In this document: in pieces, positions 29,007-38,818 of the stretch
Position numbering within the stretch: the first letter of the stretch is position 1
How the letters are laid out: every line of letters starts with the position of its first letter
Source of the DNA: a virus
IMG/VR virus record: IMGVR_UViG_3300023179_009503
Coordinates: 1 to 64,000 of that record
Strand: one strand, 5' to 3'
Length of the DNA: 64,000 nucleotides
Notes under the pieces: model-generated
Databases searched by the model: none
What the model saw: only the letters and a program-made list of their open reading frames with translations
Told to the model about the DNA's origin: nothing
Program-made: the position numbers and the translations under genes

Positions 29007-30214
29007 TATCTTTTAAGCAATTTGTTCTTGAAGGAGGTGCAGCTGGTCATATGGCTCATCCGTTTGATTTGCCTAATGTAAATTCTGGCAAAGATCTTAT
29101 TAATTTTTTTAATAAAGCTATTACCAGCTTAACAAAAAAGCCTGCTTCTGTAAAAATTGACGGTGTAAACACTTCTATTAAGCTAATTACGAATAGTGAG
29201 GGTAAAAAAGAGTTTGCTATGGATAGAGGCTCAAATAAACCTGAAGATATAGAAGGTGTTACAATAGCAAGATTAAGTCAAAGATTTCCTGAAGGGCATG
29301 GTATGTTAGAAACCGGTAAAACTGTTTTATCTATCTTCAATTCAGCTCTACCAAATATAGAGAAAGATTTAAAGAAATTAAAAATGTGGGATAATCCAAA
29401 TATTCTTTTTAATATGGAATTTGTTAAAGGCTCTACTAATGTTATAGGCTATGCAACTAACTTTGTAGCAATTCATGGGTTAAACGAAATTATTAAAGTC
29501 AAAAGTCCTGTTAGAGGCAGTGTGAGTAGAGCTTCAAGAGAAATAACTTATGATAAAAAAGCATTGCAGAGTTTAATAGAAAAAGTTAATCCTATTGCTA
29601 GAAAGCAAGGTTTTGATGTGGAGCATGAATTTACTATAAACTTAAAAGAAAAAGTCAATTTTAATAATGCGCTTGATTCCGATTTTACAGTAAATTACGA
29701 TTCAAAAAACGCGATTAAACAGCCCTTAAAAAATTGGCTTGCAAAAGCAAAGAACCCTAGAGCAGAAAAAATAAAATTAACTTCCGGAAAAACTATAAGC
29801 GCTATGAGCTTAGAAAACTTTAAAAATATATCTAGCGGTGTTCCTATGGATCATTATATCGGTAATAACAAAAAAGATATTGAAAAGGCTGTAAACGGTG
29901 CAGTATTTTATCAAGCAACAATTTTACTTGGTGATGCAGTAAAAAATGCTGCATCTTCTGCTTTAGGTTCTTTATCAGCACAAGAAGGTATAGTAATAAG
30001 AGATCCTTCAATTTCTAGCGCACCGGTTAAAATTACTGGAAGTTTTATAACGGGTAAAGAAGCTAGCAAATTCAGAAAGCAAGAAAATGAAGAGGGTATA
30101 AAAGGTGTTATATCTAATACCAATACTGTTTTAAACAAAACTAATTATCAAACTAACCCACCTTTTGGTAAGGAAGGTGCTAGATTAGTACAAACACCTG
30201 GAGTACAACTATGA
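29003..30214 (+). CDS. Ligase-like nucleotidyltransferase (DUF6267-like) with capsid-targeting leader
   Basis: MISFKQFVLE-GGAAGHMAHP; KIDG (motif I); EGIVIR (motif IV); VKITGSF (motif V). Confidence 0.65.
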   Translation: MISFKQFVLEGGAAGHMAHPFDLPNVNSGKDLINFFNKAITSLTKKPASVKIDGVNTSIKLITNSEGKKEFAMDRGSNKPEDIEGVTIARLSQRFPEGHGMLETGKTVLSIFNSALPNIEKDLKKLKMWDNPNILFNMEFVKGSTNVIGYATNFVAIHGLNEIIKVKSPVRGSVSRASREITYDKKALQSLIEKVNPIARKQGFDVEHEFTINLKEKVNFNNALDSDFTVNYDSKNAIKQPLKNWLAKAKNPRAEKIKLTSGKTISAMSLENFKNISSGVPMDHYIGNNKKDIEKAVNGAVFYQATILLGDAVKNAASSALGSLSAQEGIVIRDPSISSAPVKITGSFITGKEASKFRKQENEEGIKGVISNTNTVLNKTNYQTNPPFGKEGARLVQTPGVQL

Positions 30215-30867
30215 AATTTGACCAATTAGTAAATGAAATATTAATGCCTCAAAAGAATAATCTTATTGTTATTTTTCCAGGTAGGTTTCAGCCTTTTCAT
30301 TTGGGGCATAAACGCTTTTATGATTTAGCAAAAAAGAAATTTCCGGGTGCTGATTTTTACATAGCTAGCTCTGATATACCGGAAAAAGCTGCAACTAAAG
30401 AGCCTGGTCGCTATCCTTTTAATTTTGCAGAAAAAAAAGCTATTATGATAGCTGCAGGCATACCTGAAAAAGAAATTGTTCAGGTCAAACAACCTTACAA
30501 ACCTATAGAAATTTTAAAAGACTATGATCAAAATTTTGCAAAAGTAATTTATATAGTTGGTGAAAAAGATATGAAAAAGGACCCTAGATTTGCATTTGGC
30601 ATGACTAAAAAAGGAACCCCTACTTATTTTCAGCCTTTTAAAAGCTTAAACGAGTTACAGCCTTTTAAAGAAGACGGTGGCCATGGTTATATATACTCTC
30701 CTGGAACTATAGAATTTAATGTTAACGGAAAAAATATTACTAGTGCATCTGAATTAAGAGAGCTATATAAAAATTCTAACGAGCAAAGTAAAAAAGAAAT
30801 TATTACACAAATTCTAGGTAAATTCGATACAAAGATTTATAATCTATTTAACGCAAAAATTATTTAA
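30211..30867 (+). CDS. HxGH cytidylyltransferase-like nucleotidyltransferase
   Basis: PGRFQPFHLGH; PFNFAEKK; SASELR. Confidence 0.85.
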   Translation: MKFDQLVNEILMPQKNNLIVIFPGRFQPFHLGHKRFYDLAKKKFPGADFYIASSDIPEKAATKEPGRYPFNFAEKKAIMIAAGIPEKEIVQVKQPYKPIEILKDYDQNFAKVIYIVGEKDMKKDPRFAFGMTKKGTPTYFQPFKSLNELQPFKEDGGHGYIYSPGTIEFNVNGKNITSASELRELYKNSNEQSKKEIITQILGKFDTKIYNLFNAKII

Positions 30868-31502
30868 TTTTTCTTCTTATTTTCAAGAAGTATTATAGTC
30901 TCAAGTAAAACTTTCTCTAAATTTTCAACGCTTTCTCTTTTTAGTACTTTGCTTATCTGACTTAAAAGGGCATCGCCACCTTTAGATATAGCAGAAAATA
31001 GTTCTTCTTCATTATTTTCTTCTAAATTACCGCATGCACCGTGCATAGGGTTTTTAGCAGCTTCATAATCTTCATAACCGAAAACTGATTCAAGTTGATC
31101 ATGTGCATTAGTTATCTTGCTTAGTACCCAAGCTTCAACATTATCTTTCCCATTAAGAATATCGTGTAGCATTGCGGATAACTTAAAAATTCTAAACAAA
31201 AGTTGTCGCGACATTTGTCCATTACTATCATAAGTCGAAGGATCATACCCTTCACAATCCTCGCTTTTACTTTGATTACCTTTACATTCTGGGCAATTAT
31301 TGCAAGTACAGCCTTGAGCTGCAGCATGGCAATGCTCTTCTTCTTCGCAGCCACATTCTCTTTTTACAGGAAAATTTACCTTAGTAATTTTTGATGGTGA
31401 AGGTGTTACAGACTGATCACCTAAAGGACCAAGCCCAACGCTTTCAGTAACTATCTTTTTTACATAAAGATCGTTTAAAGCATCAAAGTCGCGTGCAAAC
31501 AT
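30864..31502 (-). CDS. Hypothetical late protein with a Cys-rich segment
   Basis: TAAATA-N5-ATG; CGC...CH...CTCNNCPEC; EAWVLSKIT helical domain. Confidence 0.65.
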   Translation of the reverse strand: MFARDFDALNDLYVKKIVTESVGLGPLGDQSVTPSPSKITKVNFPVKRECGCEEEEHCHAAAQGCTCNNCPECKGNQSKSEDCEGYDPSTYDSNGQMSRQLLFRIFKLSAMLHDILNGKDNVEAWVLSKITNAHDQLESVFGYEDYEAAKNPMHGACGNLEENNEEELFSAISKGGDALLSQISKVLKRESVENLEKVLLETIILLENKKKN

Positions 31503-31534
31503 ATAAATATTTATTCAAAATTATAAATAATTTT

Positions 31535-31822
31535 ATGTTATTCGAAAAAGCTTTTCTACATGCTCTTGAACAAGATATAATTGAAGAAAAAAAAGGTGCC
31601 AGGTGTACTAAAGTTACAGGTCAGCAATCTTCTACTAGATCTGATAAAAAATATATGCGCTGTACACGTGTAGATGGTAAGTTGAAAAGAATACATTATG
31701 GCGATCCAAATTTACGTATAAAAAAATCTAACCCCAAGAAACGTAAATCATTTAGAGCGCGTCATAAATGCTCGTCCGCAAAACCAGGTACTGCAAAATA
31801 TTATAGTTGTAAGAACTGGTAA
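31535..31822 (+). CDS. Small basic late protein
   Basis: TATAAATA-N5-ATG at 31535; HYGDPNLRIKKSNPKKRKSFRARHKC...YYSCKNW. Confidence 0.7.
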   Translation: MLFEKAFLHALEQDIIEEKKGARCTKVTGQQSSTRSDKKYMRCTRVDGKLKRIHYGDPNLRIKKSNPKKRKSFRARHKCSSAKPGTAKYYSCKNW

Positions 31823-32208
31823 CCTTTACTAGTAGAGTAATAAATCTTTTTAAAATTAAGCTGCTCTAAAAGTGAAGTACAGCCTTCACAAGGTTTAGAT
31901 AAATCTAGCTGATGATTACGATTAATTCGTGTATTAACTATAGTAAATTTAGAGCAGTCTTCTTCTCCTAGTTTTAATATTGCAGAAAGCTCAGAATGCA
32001 CTCCTATAGTATGAGAAATATCTTCACCTTTTCTATTGTAAAAGCCTATTTCTAAATTTTTAGGGTGTGTCTTTGTCGGATTATTAATTCCTATGGAGAT
32101 TAATCTATTTCTCTGAAAGATAAACGAGAAATGCTTGCAGCGATAATTACCATGCTTTTTTAATAAAGCGTAAGAAATTTCGGTACACTTTTTAAAGATA
32201 TTATCCAT
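31801..32208 (-). CDS. Zinc-dependent cytidine/dCMP deaminase-fold protein
   Basis: HSE...SKPCEGC zinc motif. Confidence 0.8.
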   Translation of the reverse strand: MDNIFKKCTEISYALLKKHGNYRCKHFSFIFQRNRLISIGINNPTKTHPKNLEIGFYNRKGEDISHTIGVHSELSAILKLGEEDCSKFTIVNTRINRNHQLDLSKPCEGCTSLLEQLNFKKIYYSTSKGYQFLQL

Positions 32209-32253
32209 AATACTATTATCATGAAAACCTCTTATTAATCAATAAATATCTTT

Positions 32254-32916
32254 GTGCAGTCGTTTAAAGAATTTTATGATAAGCCAGTATTCGGAGTTAA
32301 TGAGCTCATCGAAATTGATGGTATTGGAAAACTAAAAGCTAAAGTAGATAGTGGTAATGAAGCATATAACGTTTTGCATGGAGTAGATATATCTGAAGAA
32401 GGTGAAAATGTCACCTTCACTACCGTTAACGACAAAAAAATAACAAAACCTAAAACAGGCTCTATAACCATCCATATTGGGAGTGGAGTAAAGGAAGAAA
32501 GACCGACGGTTGAATTCGATATTAAGGTAGACGGGAAGCAGTATAATGGTGTGACATTTAGTATAGCTGATAGATCAGAGAATGAAGATCCTATTTTAGT
32601 GGGAGAACCCTTTTTGAAGAAATTAAACGCTGTTATTGATGTTAATAAGGATCAAGTACATGAATCAATAAAATATAAAGTTGTTGCTTTAAATAAAAAG
32701 GATAAGCTTGCAAAAGATTGGAAAAGGTCTAGTTATTCAGAAAATGCAATTCGTGCAATAGCTAATAAACAAAAGACACTAATTGTTAATAAACACGGTA
32801 GTCCAAAATTTAAAGGCAAAGAAACATTAAAAATCTTTAACCCAATTACTAAAAAACCTTTTATTATTTTAAAGAAAAAATTAAAAGCCTCTGAATCCGA
32901 TACTCCTCAAGATTAA
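32254..32916 (+). CDS. Retropepsin-like (RimB / 'putative Zn protease' family) peptidase with capsid-targeting leader
   Basis: MQSFKEFY; AKVDSGN; EERPTV; FSIADRS; ILVG. Confidence 0.75.
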   Translation: MQSFKEFYDKPVFGVNELIEIDGIGKLKAKVDSGNEAYNVLHGVDISEEGENVTFTTVNDKKITKPKTGSITIHIGSGVKEERPTVEFDIKVDGKQYNGVTFSIADRSENEDPILVGEPFLKKLNAVIDVNKDQVHESIKYKVVALNKKDKLAKDWKRSSYSENAIRAIANKQKTLIVNKHGSPKFKGKETLKIFNPITKKPFIILKKKLKASESDTPQD

Positions 32917-33204
32917 CTGCACATTTCTTGCATCTATAATATCTGTTACATAAATTGTCGGGCTATAATGAAAATCTTTATCGATTCTCATACCTTCCTC
33001 TTCTCCGAAAGCTGTTAACTCATCTACGTAATCCATAGCACCGAAGTTTTTAAGATAACGATGATAAAAGTCTTTCTCAGCTATACATTCAATTATTACA
33101 TCTAAATCAAGATATTCATGTGCAATAAAAGTTATATCCCTTACACACGATATTGACGACGGAGGGTTTATTAAATCGCCATTTATTAATAGCGACTGAC
33201 TCAC
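32881..33204 (-). CDS. Hypothetical late protein
   Basis: TAAATA-ATTAT-GTG. Confidence 0.55.
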   Translation of the reverse strand: MSQSLLINGDLINPPSSISCVRDITFIAHEYLDLDVIIECIAEKDFYHRYLKNFGAMDYVDELTAFGEEEGMRIDKDFHYSPTIYVTDIIDARNVQLILRSIGFRGF

Positions 33205-33235
33205 ATAATTATTTAGTCAAATATTAAATAATATT

Positions 33236-33712
33236 ATGGCTGATGTAACAATATCTGGATTAGATAATCTATCACCTGCAGGGTCTAGTTTTCTACCTAT
33301 TTCAACCGGTTCTTTAACAGGTAAAACAACTATAGCATCGCTGCCAGTAGATTATAATAGCATTACGAATAAGCCAAATATTCCTGTAGTAAATAATTCA
33401 CAGCTCGCAAAAGCATGGGTATGTTTTAACGGTCAGGGCTCTAACAGTACTAATCAGCTTATAAAAGCATCTTTTAATGTTACTAGTGTTTATAAAAACG
33501 GGAGTGGTAGTTATACTGTTAACTTCACCCCAGGTACATTCGCTAACGGTAATATAGTTGTTGTGGGCACTTTTATGCACGTTCCTAATGTATCGTGGGG
33601 AGGAGCAGCAGTTCCTAACGCAGAACCAACAGCAAGCTCAGCCACTATTTTTACCGGTGACCATGGTAAAGGTCTTGTTAATTCTGCACACGTGTCGGTA
33701 GTCTTTTTTTAA
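33236..33712 (+). CDS. Short fibre/decoration-type virion protein
   Basis: MADVTISGL N-module; AKAWVCFNG...SFNVTSV...G.YTVNF C-terminal domain seen in phage fibre tips. Confidence 0.7.
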   Translation: MADVTISGLDNLSPAGSSFLPISTGSLTGKTTIASLPVDYNSITNKPNIPVVNNSQLAKAWVCFNGQGSNSTNQLIKASFNVTSVYKNGSGSYTVNFTPGTFANGNIVVVGTFMHVPNVSWGGAAVPNAEPTASSATIFTGDHGKGLVNSAHVSVVFF

Positions 33713-34362
33713 ATAAGTTTTCTATTTTGCGCAAATTCAATGAACTTATAAAACTCGTTTCTAGAATTATCTTTATCATCCAAAAATGCTCCGGACATTC
33801 TCGCTGTACGCATTGTTGAATCATGTCTAATACCGCGGTTTGAGCAGCAAGTGTGCGCGGCTTCAATCATTACAGCTACACCCTTATTCTTTAAGCATAC
33901 CTCATCAATATACTTGTGTACTTGCATTGTAAGGTTCTCTTGAACCTGGGGGCGGCGAGCAAACCAATCAACAATTCTATTAAGCTTACTCAAGCCAATA
34001 ACCTTACCATCTTTAGAAGGAATATAAGCAACATGCGCAAATCCCATAAACGGGGCATGATGATGCGAACAAAGTGATGTTAATTTAATATTAGTTTGTG
34101 CTACAATACCGTCATACTTATCTACGTTATCAAAAGCTGTAACCTTAGGTGGGTTACTATAACAACCCCAAGCAAAATCTTCAACAAATGCCTTAGCGAC
34201 TCTATGCGGGGTATTATCGCTGTTAGGATCATTTCTCCAATCATATCCTAAAGCATCCATATAAGCTTCATATGCTTTGGCTGCTCTTTCTATTATTTGC
34301 TCTCTTTCTTCTTGAGTATGAGGATGATTATGATTCGCAAAAGCTAATTTCTTCTTAAACAT
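33709..34362 (-). CDS. folE: GTP cyclohydrolase I
   Basis: TPHRVAKA; SLCSHHHAPF; GLSKLNR; RRPQVQE; HTCCSNRG. Confidence 0.95.
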   Translation of the reverse strand: MFKKKLAFANHNHPHTQEEREQIIERAAKAYEAYMDALGYDWRNDPNSDNTPHRVAKAFVEDFAWGCYSNPPKVTAFDNVDKYDGIVAQTNIKLTSLCSHHHAPFMGFAHVAYIPSKDGKVIGLSKLNRIVDWFARRPQVQENLTMQVHKYIDEVCLKNKGVAVMIEAAHTCCSNRGIRHDSTMRTARMSGAFLDDKDNSRNEFYKFIEFAQNRKLI

Positions 34363-34418
34363 ATTAGCTATTATATGATAAGATGTAACGAGATCAACAT
34401 AAATAATAGTGTAATATT

Positions 34419-34853
34419 ATGAAGTATAATGACATAATTCTTGAAAGCTTAAAGAAAACAGCTTTAAAGCGTATTAGGATTAAGGTTGATCCTGCGTGTG
34501 TCAGTGCTGAAGCAGATTTTTCTAATATTGATGGTTATGAGGGGTATGTTTTAGAAGAAGGAAAAAGCCATTTAAAGATTTTAGTAATTACTCCTGAGCT
34601 TGGAATACAAGATGTACCTATTGAATTTATTGAGGCTATAGCAGATGATGCAGACTATGATTCTTTTTGTAGCTTAAAAGAATATATTGTTAAAACACTC
34701 TTTAAGGATGGTGTAGTAGAAAACGATCCTATTATAATTCAAATATCTAACAGCAATTGTTTAAACGATATTGAAAGAATAATTAATCAAAAAGGATATA
34801 CAGGAGATAAACTAGCAGATCTGTATAAAAACTTTATCACCAATGATGAATAA
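34419..34853 (+). CDS. Hypothetical late protein
   Basis: MKYNDIILE-S leader; upstream TAAATA. Confidence 0.6.
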   Translation: MKYNDIILESLKKTALKRIRIKVDPACVSAEADFSNIDGYEGYVLEEGKSHLKILVITPELGIQDVPIEFIEAIADDADYDSFCSLKEYIVKTLFKDGVVENDPIIIQISNSNCLNDIERIINQKGYTGDKLADLYKNFITNDE

Positions 34854-36036
34854 TTTTGATAATTTAGCCAACCTTGCTTTGAACGAAAAACTATTTTCTG
34901 ATTACATGAAAGATGCTATGAAAATAGCACAAACAGCTAAACAAAAAGCGGGTAAGCCTTTAAAAAGAGCTGTGCAAAAAACGAGAATTGGGGCCCGGAA
35001 GCTTGGAAGAGATATTATTGATGATCCTGAAAAAGTTGCTAAAGCTGCAGTTACTGGGGCAGCAAAAGGTGTAGCAAAGGGTGCAGATGTACTGGGAGGT
35101 GCTGCTTTAGGAGCTGCAGGAGCTGCAGCTAGAGGCATAGGTAAAGCAGTTACAAAAGTACCGGGAGCCCTTGCGGCAGCTCCTGGAGCAATACGCGGTG
35201 TAACAGATTTCTTTACCGGTAACAGACCGAGCCAGCAAATTGCTGGTGCATTGGGTAAGCTACAAGCAGGTATTGATAAAAAAATGCAAGATAGAACAGC
35301 TAAGTCTTTAGGATTAAGAACAGAAAATCCAAAGTCTGGTGATAATCTTTCTATTGAAATAGGTCGCAATCCTACTGCAGGGGTAGGTATAAAAATACCT
35401 GTTTCAGGTAATGTGGGGACTAAATTTGGTAAAACATCTAAATTCCAGAACATGACAATATATGATGTACCAATTAATAATAATAAAAATATAGCTTTAA
35501 TAAAAGTAGGTGTCGGCGATCCTAAAGATTCAAATGTACAGCTTTATTATTTTGATCAAAATAATCAAAAAGTAGATGGTAGAGGGTTAGGTCTACCTGC
35601 TGCTGCGATTTTAAATTACAGTAATAAAGTAAATGGATGGAAAATAACCGATAAAGAACCGCCCGGTATTGAAGAGTTTAGTCTTGTTAAGGTTAAGCAA
35701 GCTATGCAAAAAATGGCAGCACAGCAACAGCAAGCACAACAAACCACAGTTACACCTACAGCACCTCCTGCTCCGGGTACCCCGGTCTCGGGCACGGTTT
35801 CAGCACCGGGAGCTGTTACCGGCGGTACTGCAACCCCGGCTAGTGCTGCAGGTACAGCATCAGCTGCGACAACTGCTCCTACAACAGCAGGTACACCTGA
35901 ACCTACTAAACCTTCTTCTGCTAATGTTATACCTAAAGTAAATGATGTATTTAATATTGAAGATAGGTATGGTAAATTAAAGAAATATAAGATATCTGCT
36001 GTAGATAATGATACAGTTTACGCGTTTCAGGTTTAA
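34843..36036 (+). CDS. Ala/Gly/Lys-rich candidate internal (ejected) protein
   Basis: MMNNFDNLANLALNE-K leader; long Ala/Gly helices; Thr/Pro/Ala linker. Confidence 0.65.
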   Translation: MMNNFDNLANLALNEKLFSDYMKDAMKIAQTAKQKAGKPLKRAVQKTRIGARKLGRDIIDDPEKVAKAAVTGAAKGVAKGADVLGGAALGAAGAAARGIGKAVTKVPGALAAAPGAIRGVTDFFTGNRPSQQIAGALGKLQAGIDKKMQDRTAKSLGLRTENPKSGDNLSIEIGRNPTAGVGIKIPVSGNVGTKFGKTSKFQNMTIYDVPINNNKNIALIKVGVGDPKDSNVQLYYFDQNNQKVDGRGLGLPAAAILNYSNKVNGWKITDKEPPGIEEFSLVKVKQAMQKMAAQQQQAQQTTVTPTAPPAPGTPVSGTVSAPGAVTGGTATPASAAGTASAATTAPTTAGTPEPTKPSSANVIPKVNDVFNIEDRYGKLKKYKISAVDNDTVYAFQV

Positions 36037-36064
36037 AACCAATAGCAGTTTAATAAATAACTAT

Positions 36065-36265
36065 ATGCCGGCAAAATCTGAAAAACAAAAAAGATTTTTT
36101 GGTGCAGTTATGGGCGCTAAAAAAGGGCAAAAAGGTATTAAAGGTGCAGCTAAAGAAGTTGCAAAAGAAATGCCTAAAAAAGAGATTAAAAAGTTTTTAA
36201 AAAAAGAATCTTTTAATGATACAGTTAATAATATCCTTAGAGAATTCTTTAAACCTACTGAATAA
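36065..36265 (+). CDS. Small basic late protein (MPAKSEKQ.. type)
   Basis: TAAATA-ACTAT-ATG at 36065. Confidence 0.7.
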   Translation: MPAKSEKQKRFFGAVMGAKKGQKGIKGAAKEVAKEMPKKEIKKFLKKESFNDTVNNILREFFKPTE

Positions 36266-36423
36266 TGTCTGCTATAGACAAAATTAAGAAAACCTCACAC
36301 TTTATTCTTCTTCCGGATCAGAAGGCCTATTCTGACGAACACGGAAATATTATCTATTTTAAAACGGCCAAAGAAGCTTTTAAATATTTAAAAGAAAAAA
36401 AAATTGACGGAATAGTAAAATAA
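36265..36423 (+). CDS. 52-aa hypothetical protein, not in ORF track
   Basis: MSAIDKIKKTSHF...DGIVK; TAATG stop/start overlap. Confidence 0.5.
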   Translation: MSAIDKIKKTSHFILLPDQKAYSDEHGNIIYFKTAKEAFKYLKEKKIDGIVK

Positions 36424-36483
36424 TAGTTGATTTTATTAAATTTATACTTATAATATTATAGATAATAGAAAAGACTATTACCG

Positions 36484-37158
36484 ATGATATACGAGAGTAC
36501 AAAGATTATTGAGTTAGGTTCTTGCGCATTTAGACAATGGAAAGCTAATCATAGCCATTGCAAGTTTATTCATGGTTATAGATTACAAGCTAAATTTTGG
36601 TTTGGATGTACAAATTTAGATGATAAAAATTGGGTAGTCGATTTCGGTGGTTTAGATGATTTAAAAAAAATACTACAAAAACAATTTGATCATACATTAT
36701 GTGTAGCTGCAGATGATCCTTTACTAGAAGGATTTAAAACTTTACATACTGCAGGTGGCTGTGATTTGAGAATAATGGAAGGCGGTGTTGGTATAGAAAA
36801 GACCGCTGAATGGTGTTTTAACACAGCTAATGCTTATTGTCAAACCATAACAAGTGGAAGATGTTGGGTTAATAAAGTAGAAGTTTGGGAACATGAAAAA
36901 AACTCTGCAATTGTTTCTTTTCAAAACTCACAAAACTCTGAATTACCTCCTCCTGTACACGCAGCTTTTCAACGCCCGGTAAATCCAATTCGAGAAACTA
37001 TTAATGAAATAGAAAAAGAAACAGGCGTACCTATTTCGAACGTTTTAAAACAGATTCCTGTAAGCAATACTCAAGCTGGTACAAGACCTGCGCCATTAAA
37101 GAACCCTAAATCCGAAGGATATTCGAATTTATTCGGCGGTACAAGCTGGGGTTCATGA
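36484..37158 (+). CDS. queD: 6-carboxytetrahydropterin synthase with C-terminal extension
   Basis: HCKFIHGY; WVVDFG; FDH; VEVWEHEKNSA. Confidence 0.92.
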   Translation: MIYESTKIIELGSCAFRQWKANHSHCKFIHGYRLQAKFWFGCTNLDDKNWVVDFGGLDDLKKILQKQFDHTLCVAADDPLLEGFKTLHTAGGCDLRIMEGGVGIEKTAEWCFNTANAYCQTITSGRCWVNKVEVWEHEKNSAIVSFQNSQNSELPPPVHAAFQRPVNPIRETINEIEKETGVPISNVLKQIPVSNTQAGTRPAPLKNPKSEGYSNLFGGTSWGS

Positions 37159-37334
37159 ATTTAGATAAAAATAACCCTGAAATAAGACAGCAATTATACG
37201 GGGGAGAAATTTCAGATTATTACAAAGAAGTTAAAAAAGAAAGCCAACCTTCATTAAGTCAAATTTACGATAGAATATTAAAGTCAGGCCTTAGGCTTAA
37301 TAGTAGCAATAACTCTGACAAGAAACTTAAGTAA
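37155..37334 (+). CDS. Possible 59-aa protein
   Basis: ATGA overlap with the queD stop; overlaps the phoH 3' end. Confidence 0.3.
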   Translation: MNLDKNNPEIRQQLYGGEISDYYKEVKKESQPSLSQIYDRILKSGLRLNSSNNSDKKLK

Positions 37335-38021
37335 CTTACTTCTTGTTATATCATCTTCAGTAAAATGAAAAACATTTATACCGTGATCTTGACTATCCTT
37401 TGAATCAAAACCATTCATTATATTTTTAAAGCCAGATTTTTGAATATCAGATTGTAAGGAATCGCCTATAACAAACATCTTACAATTTCTTCCATACCTA
37501 GTTAAAATAGTTACTAATTCACTATGCTCTAAATTTTGAGCTTCATCAACTATAACAACACTGTTTGCAAACGTCGCTCCTCTTAGAAAGTTAACAGGAG
37601 TACATTTAAGATATTCGTTCTCAAACAACATATTAGTAATTTGTTTACCTACCAACTCATCGCATTTCTCTATTAATGGAATACTCCAAGGCTTAAACTT
37701 GTCGTCTACTTCTCCAGGTAAACTACCTAGCTTTCTAGTAGCTGATTCTACTATACTTCTTATATAGATAATTTCATCTATCTTTTTCTCCTTAAGCATA
37801 GACAAAGCAACATAGGTTGCGCAGTAAGTTTTAGATGAACCTGCTGGGCCATCACAAAATACAATATGGGTATTATCTTCAAAAGCTTTATCGACAAAAG
37901 CTTTGTGGTGATCATTAAAATGAAATTTTTGCTCTACTTTAAAATTGAGAAAAATATCAGATTTTATGAGCGCTTTATCGTCTCGGGCAGCTTTTTTAAG
38001 CTGTCTATCCTTTTTCGACAT
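37284..38021 (-). CDS. phoH: PhoH-like ATPase
   Basis: GPAGSSKT; LGSLPG; FLRGATF; DEAQN; GDSLQSD. Confidence 0.92.
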   Translation of the reverse strand: MSKKDRQLKKAARDDKALIKSDIFLNFKVEQKFHFNDHHKAFVDKAFEDNTHIVFCDGPAGSSKTYCATYVALSMLKEKKIDEIIYIRSIVESATRKLGSLPGEVDDKFKPWSIPLIEKCDELVGKQITNMLFENEYLKCTPVNFLRGATFANSVVIVDEAQNLEHSELVTILTRYGRNCKMFVIGDSLQSDIQKSGFKNIMNGFDSKDSQDHGINVFHFTEDDITRSKLLKFLVRVIATIKPKA

Positions 38022-38073
38022 CTATTAATATTTATTCTTGAACAATGTAAATTATGTATTATAATAATAAAAA

Positions 38074-38817
38074 ATGAGTGATAAAACTATTTTTCTAAGT
38101 GACGATAAGATATTTTATACAATTGAGGGGGAAGGGGAGTATGTAGGTAAACCATCTGTTTTTATGAGACTTTCAATGTGTAATTTAACATGTAAGGGGT
38201 TTGCTTCAGCAGATTCGCCTAACGGTTGTGATAGTTTTATTAGCTGGTCTGTAAAAAATAAACTTTCATTTGATGAAGTTTTTGAATTTATGGCGCAACA
38301 TAGCTATAACTGCCATCTTAAAGACGGAGCTATATGGAAAATAACTGGTGGTGAACCTCTTATACAGCAAAAAAATCTTCTTGACTTAGTTGATCAATTT
38401 ATTTTTAGATTTAATTTTCTTCCTAAGATTGACTTTGAAACAAACGCAACAATTTTACCAGATCAACAATGGGTTGATTGGAAAGCTACATTCACTACAT
38501 CACCAAAACTTAGCAATAACGGTGACCCTGAAGAAAAGAGGTACAAGCCGGCAGTTTTAAAATGGCATGTTGATCATGGTTCAAGTTTTAAATTTGTTAT
38601 AAATGAAGAAAAAGATCTTGACGAAGTATATGAAAAGTATATTTGTCATAATAATATCTTAGTACCAAAAGATAGAGTATGGTTAATGCCGTGTTGCGGA
38701 AGTCGCTCCGAACATGTTGAAAAAGCAGCTATGGTTGCAGAGCTCTGTAAAAAACATCACTTTAATTTTAGTCCACGCTTACAGCTTGTTATTTGGGATA
38801 AAGCACTTAAAGTATAA
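38074..38817 (+). CDS. queE: 7-carboxy-7-deazaguanine synthase (radical SAM)
   Basis: FYTIEGEG; CNLTC...CDS; TGGEP; ETN; SPK; SPRLQ. Confidence 0.93.
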   Translation: MSDKTIFLSDDKIFYTIEGEGEYVGKPSVFMRLSMCNLTCKGFASADSPNGCDSFISWSVKNKLSFDEVFEFMAQHSYNCHLKDGAIWKITGGEPLIQQKNLLDLVDQFIFRFNFLPKIDFETNATILPDQQWVDWKATFTTSPKLSNNGDPEEKRYKPAVLKWHVDHGSSFKFVINEEKDLDEVYEKYICHNNILVPKDRVWLMPCCGSRSEHVEKAAMVAELCKKHHFNFSPRLQLVIWDKALKV

Positions 38818-38818
38818 T

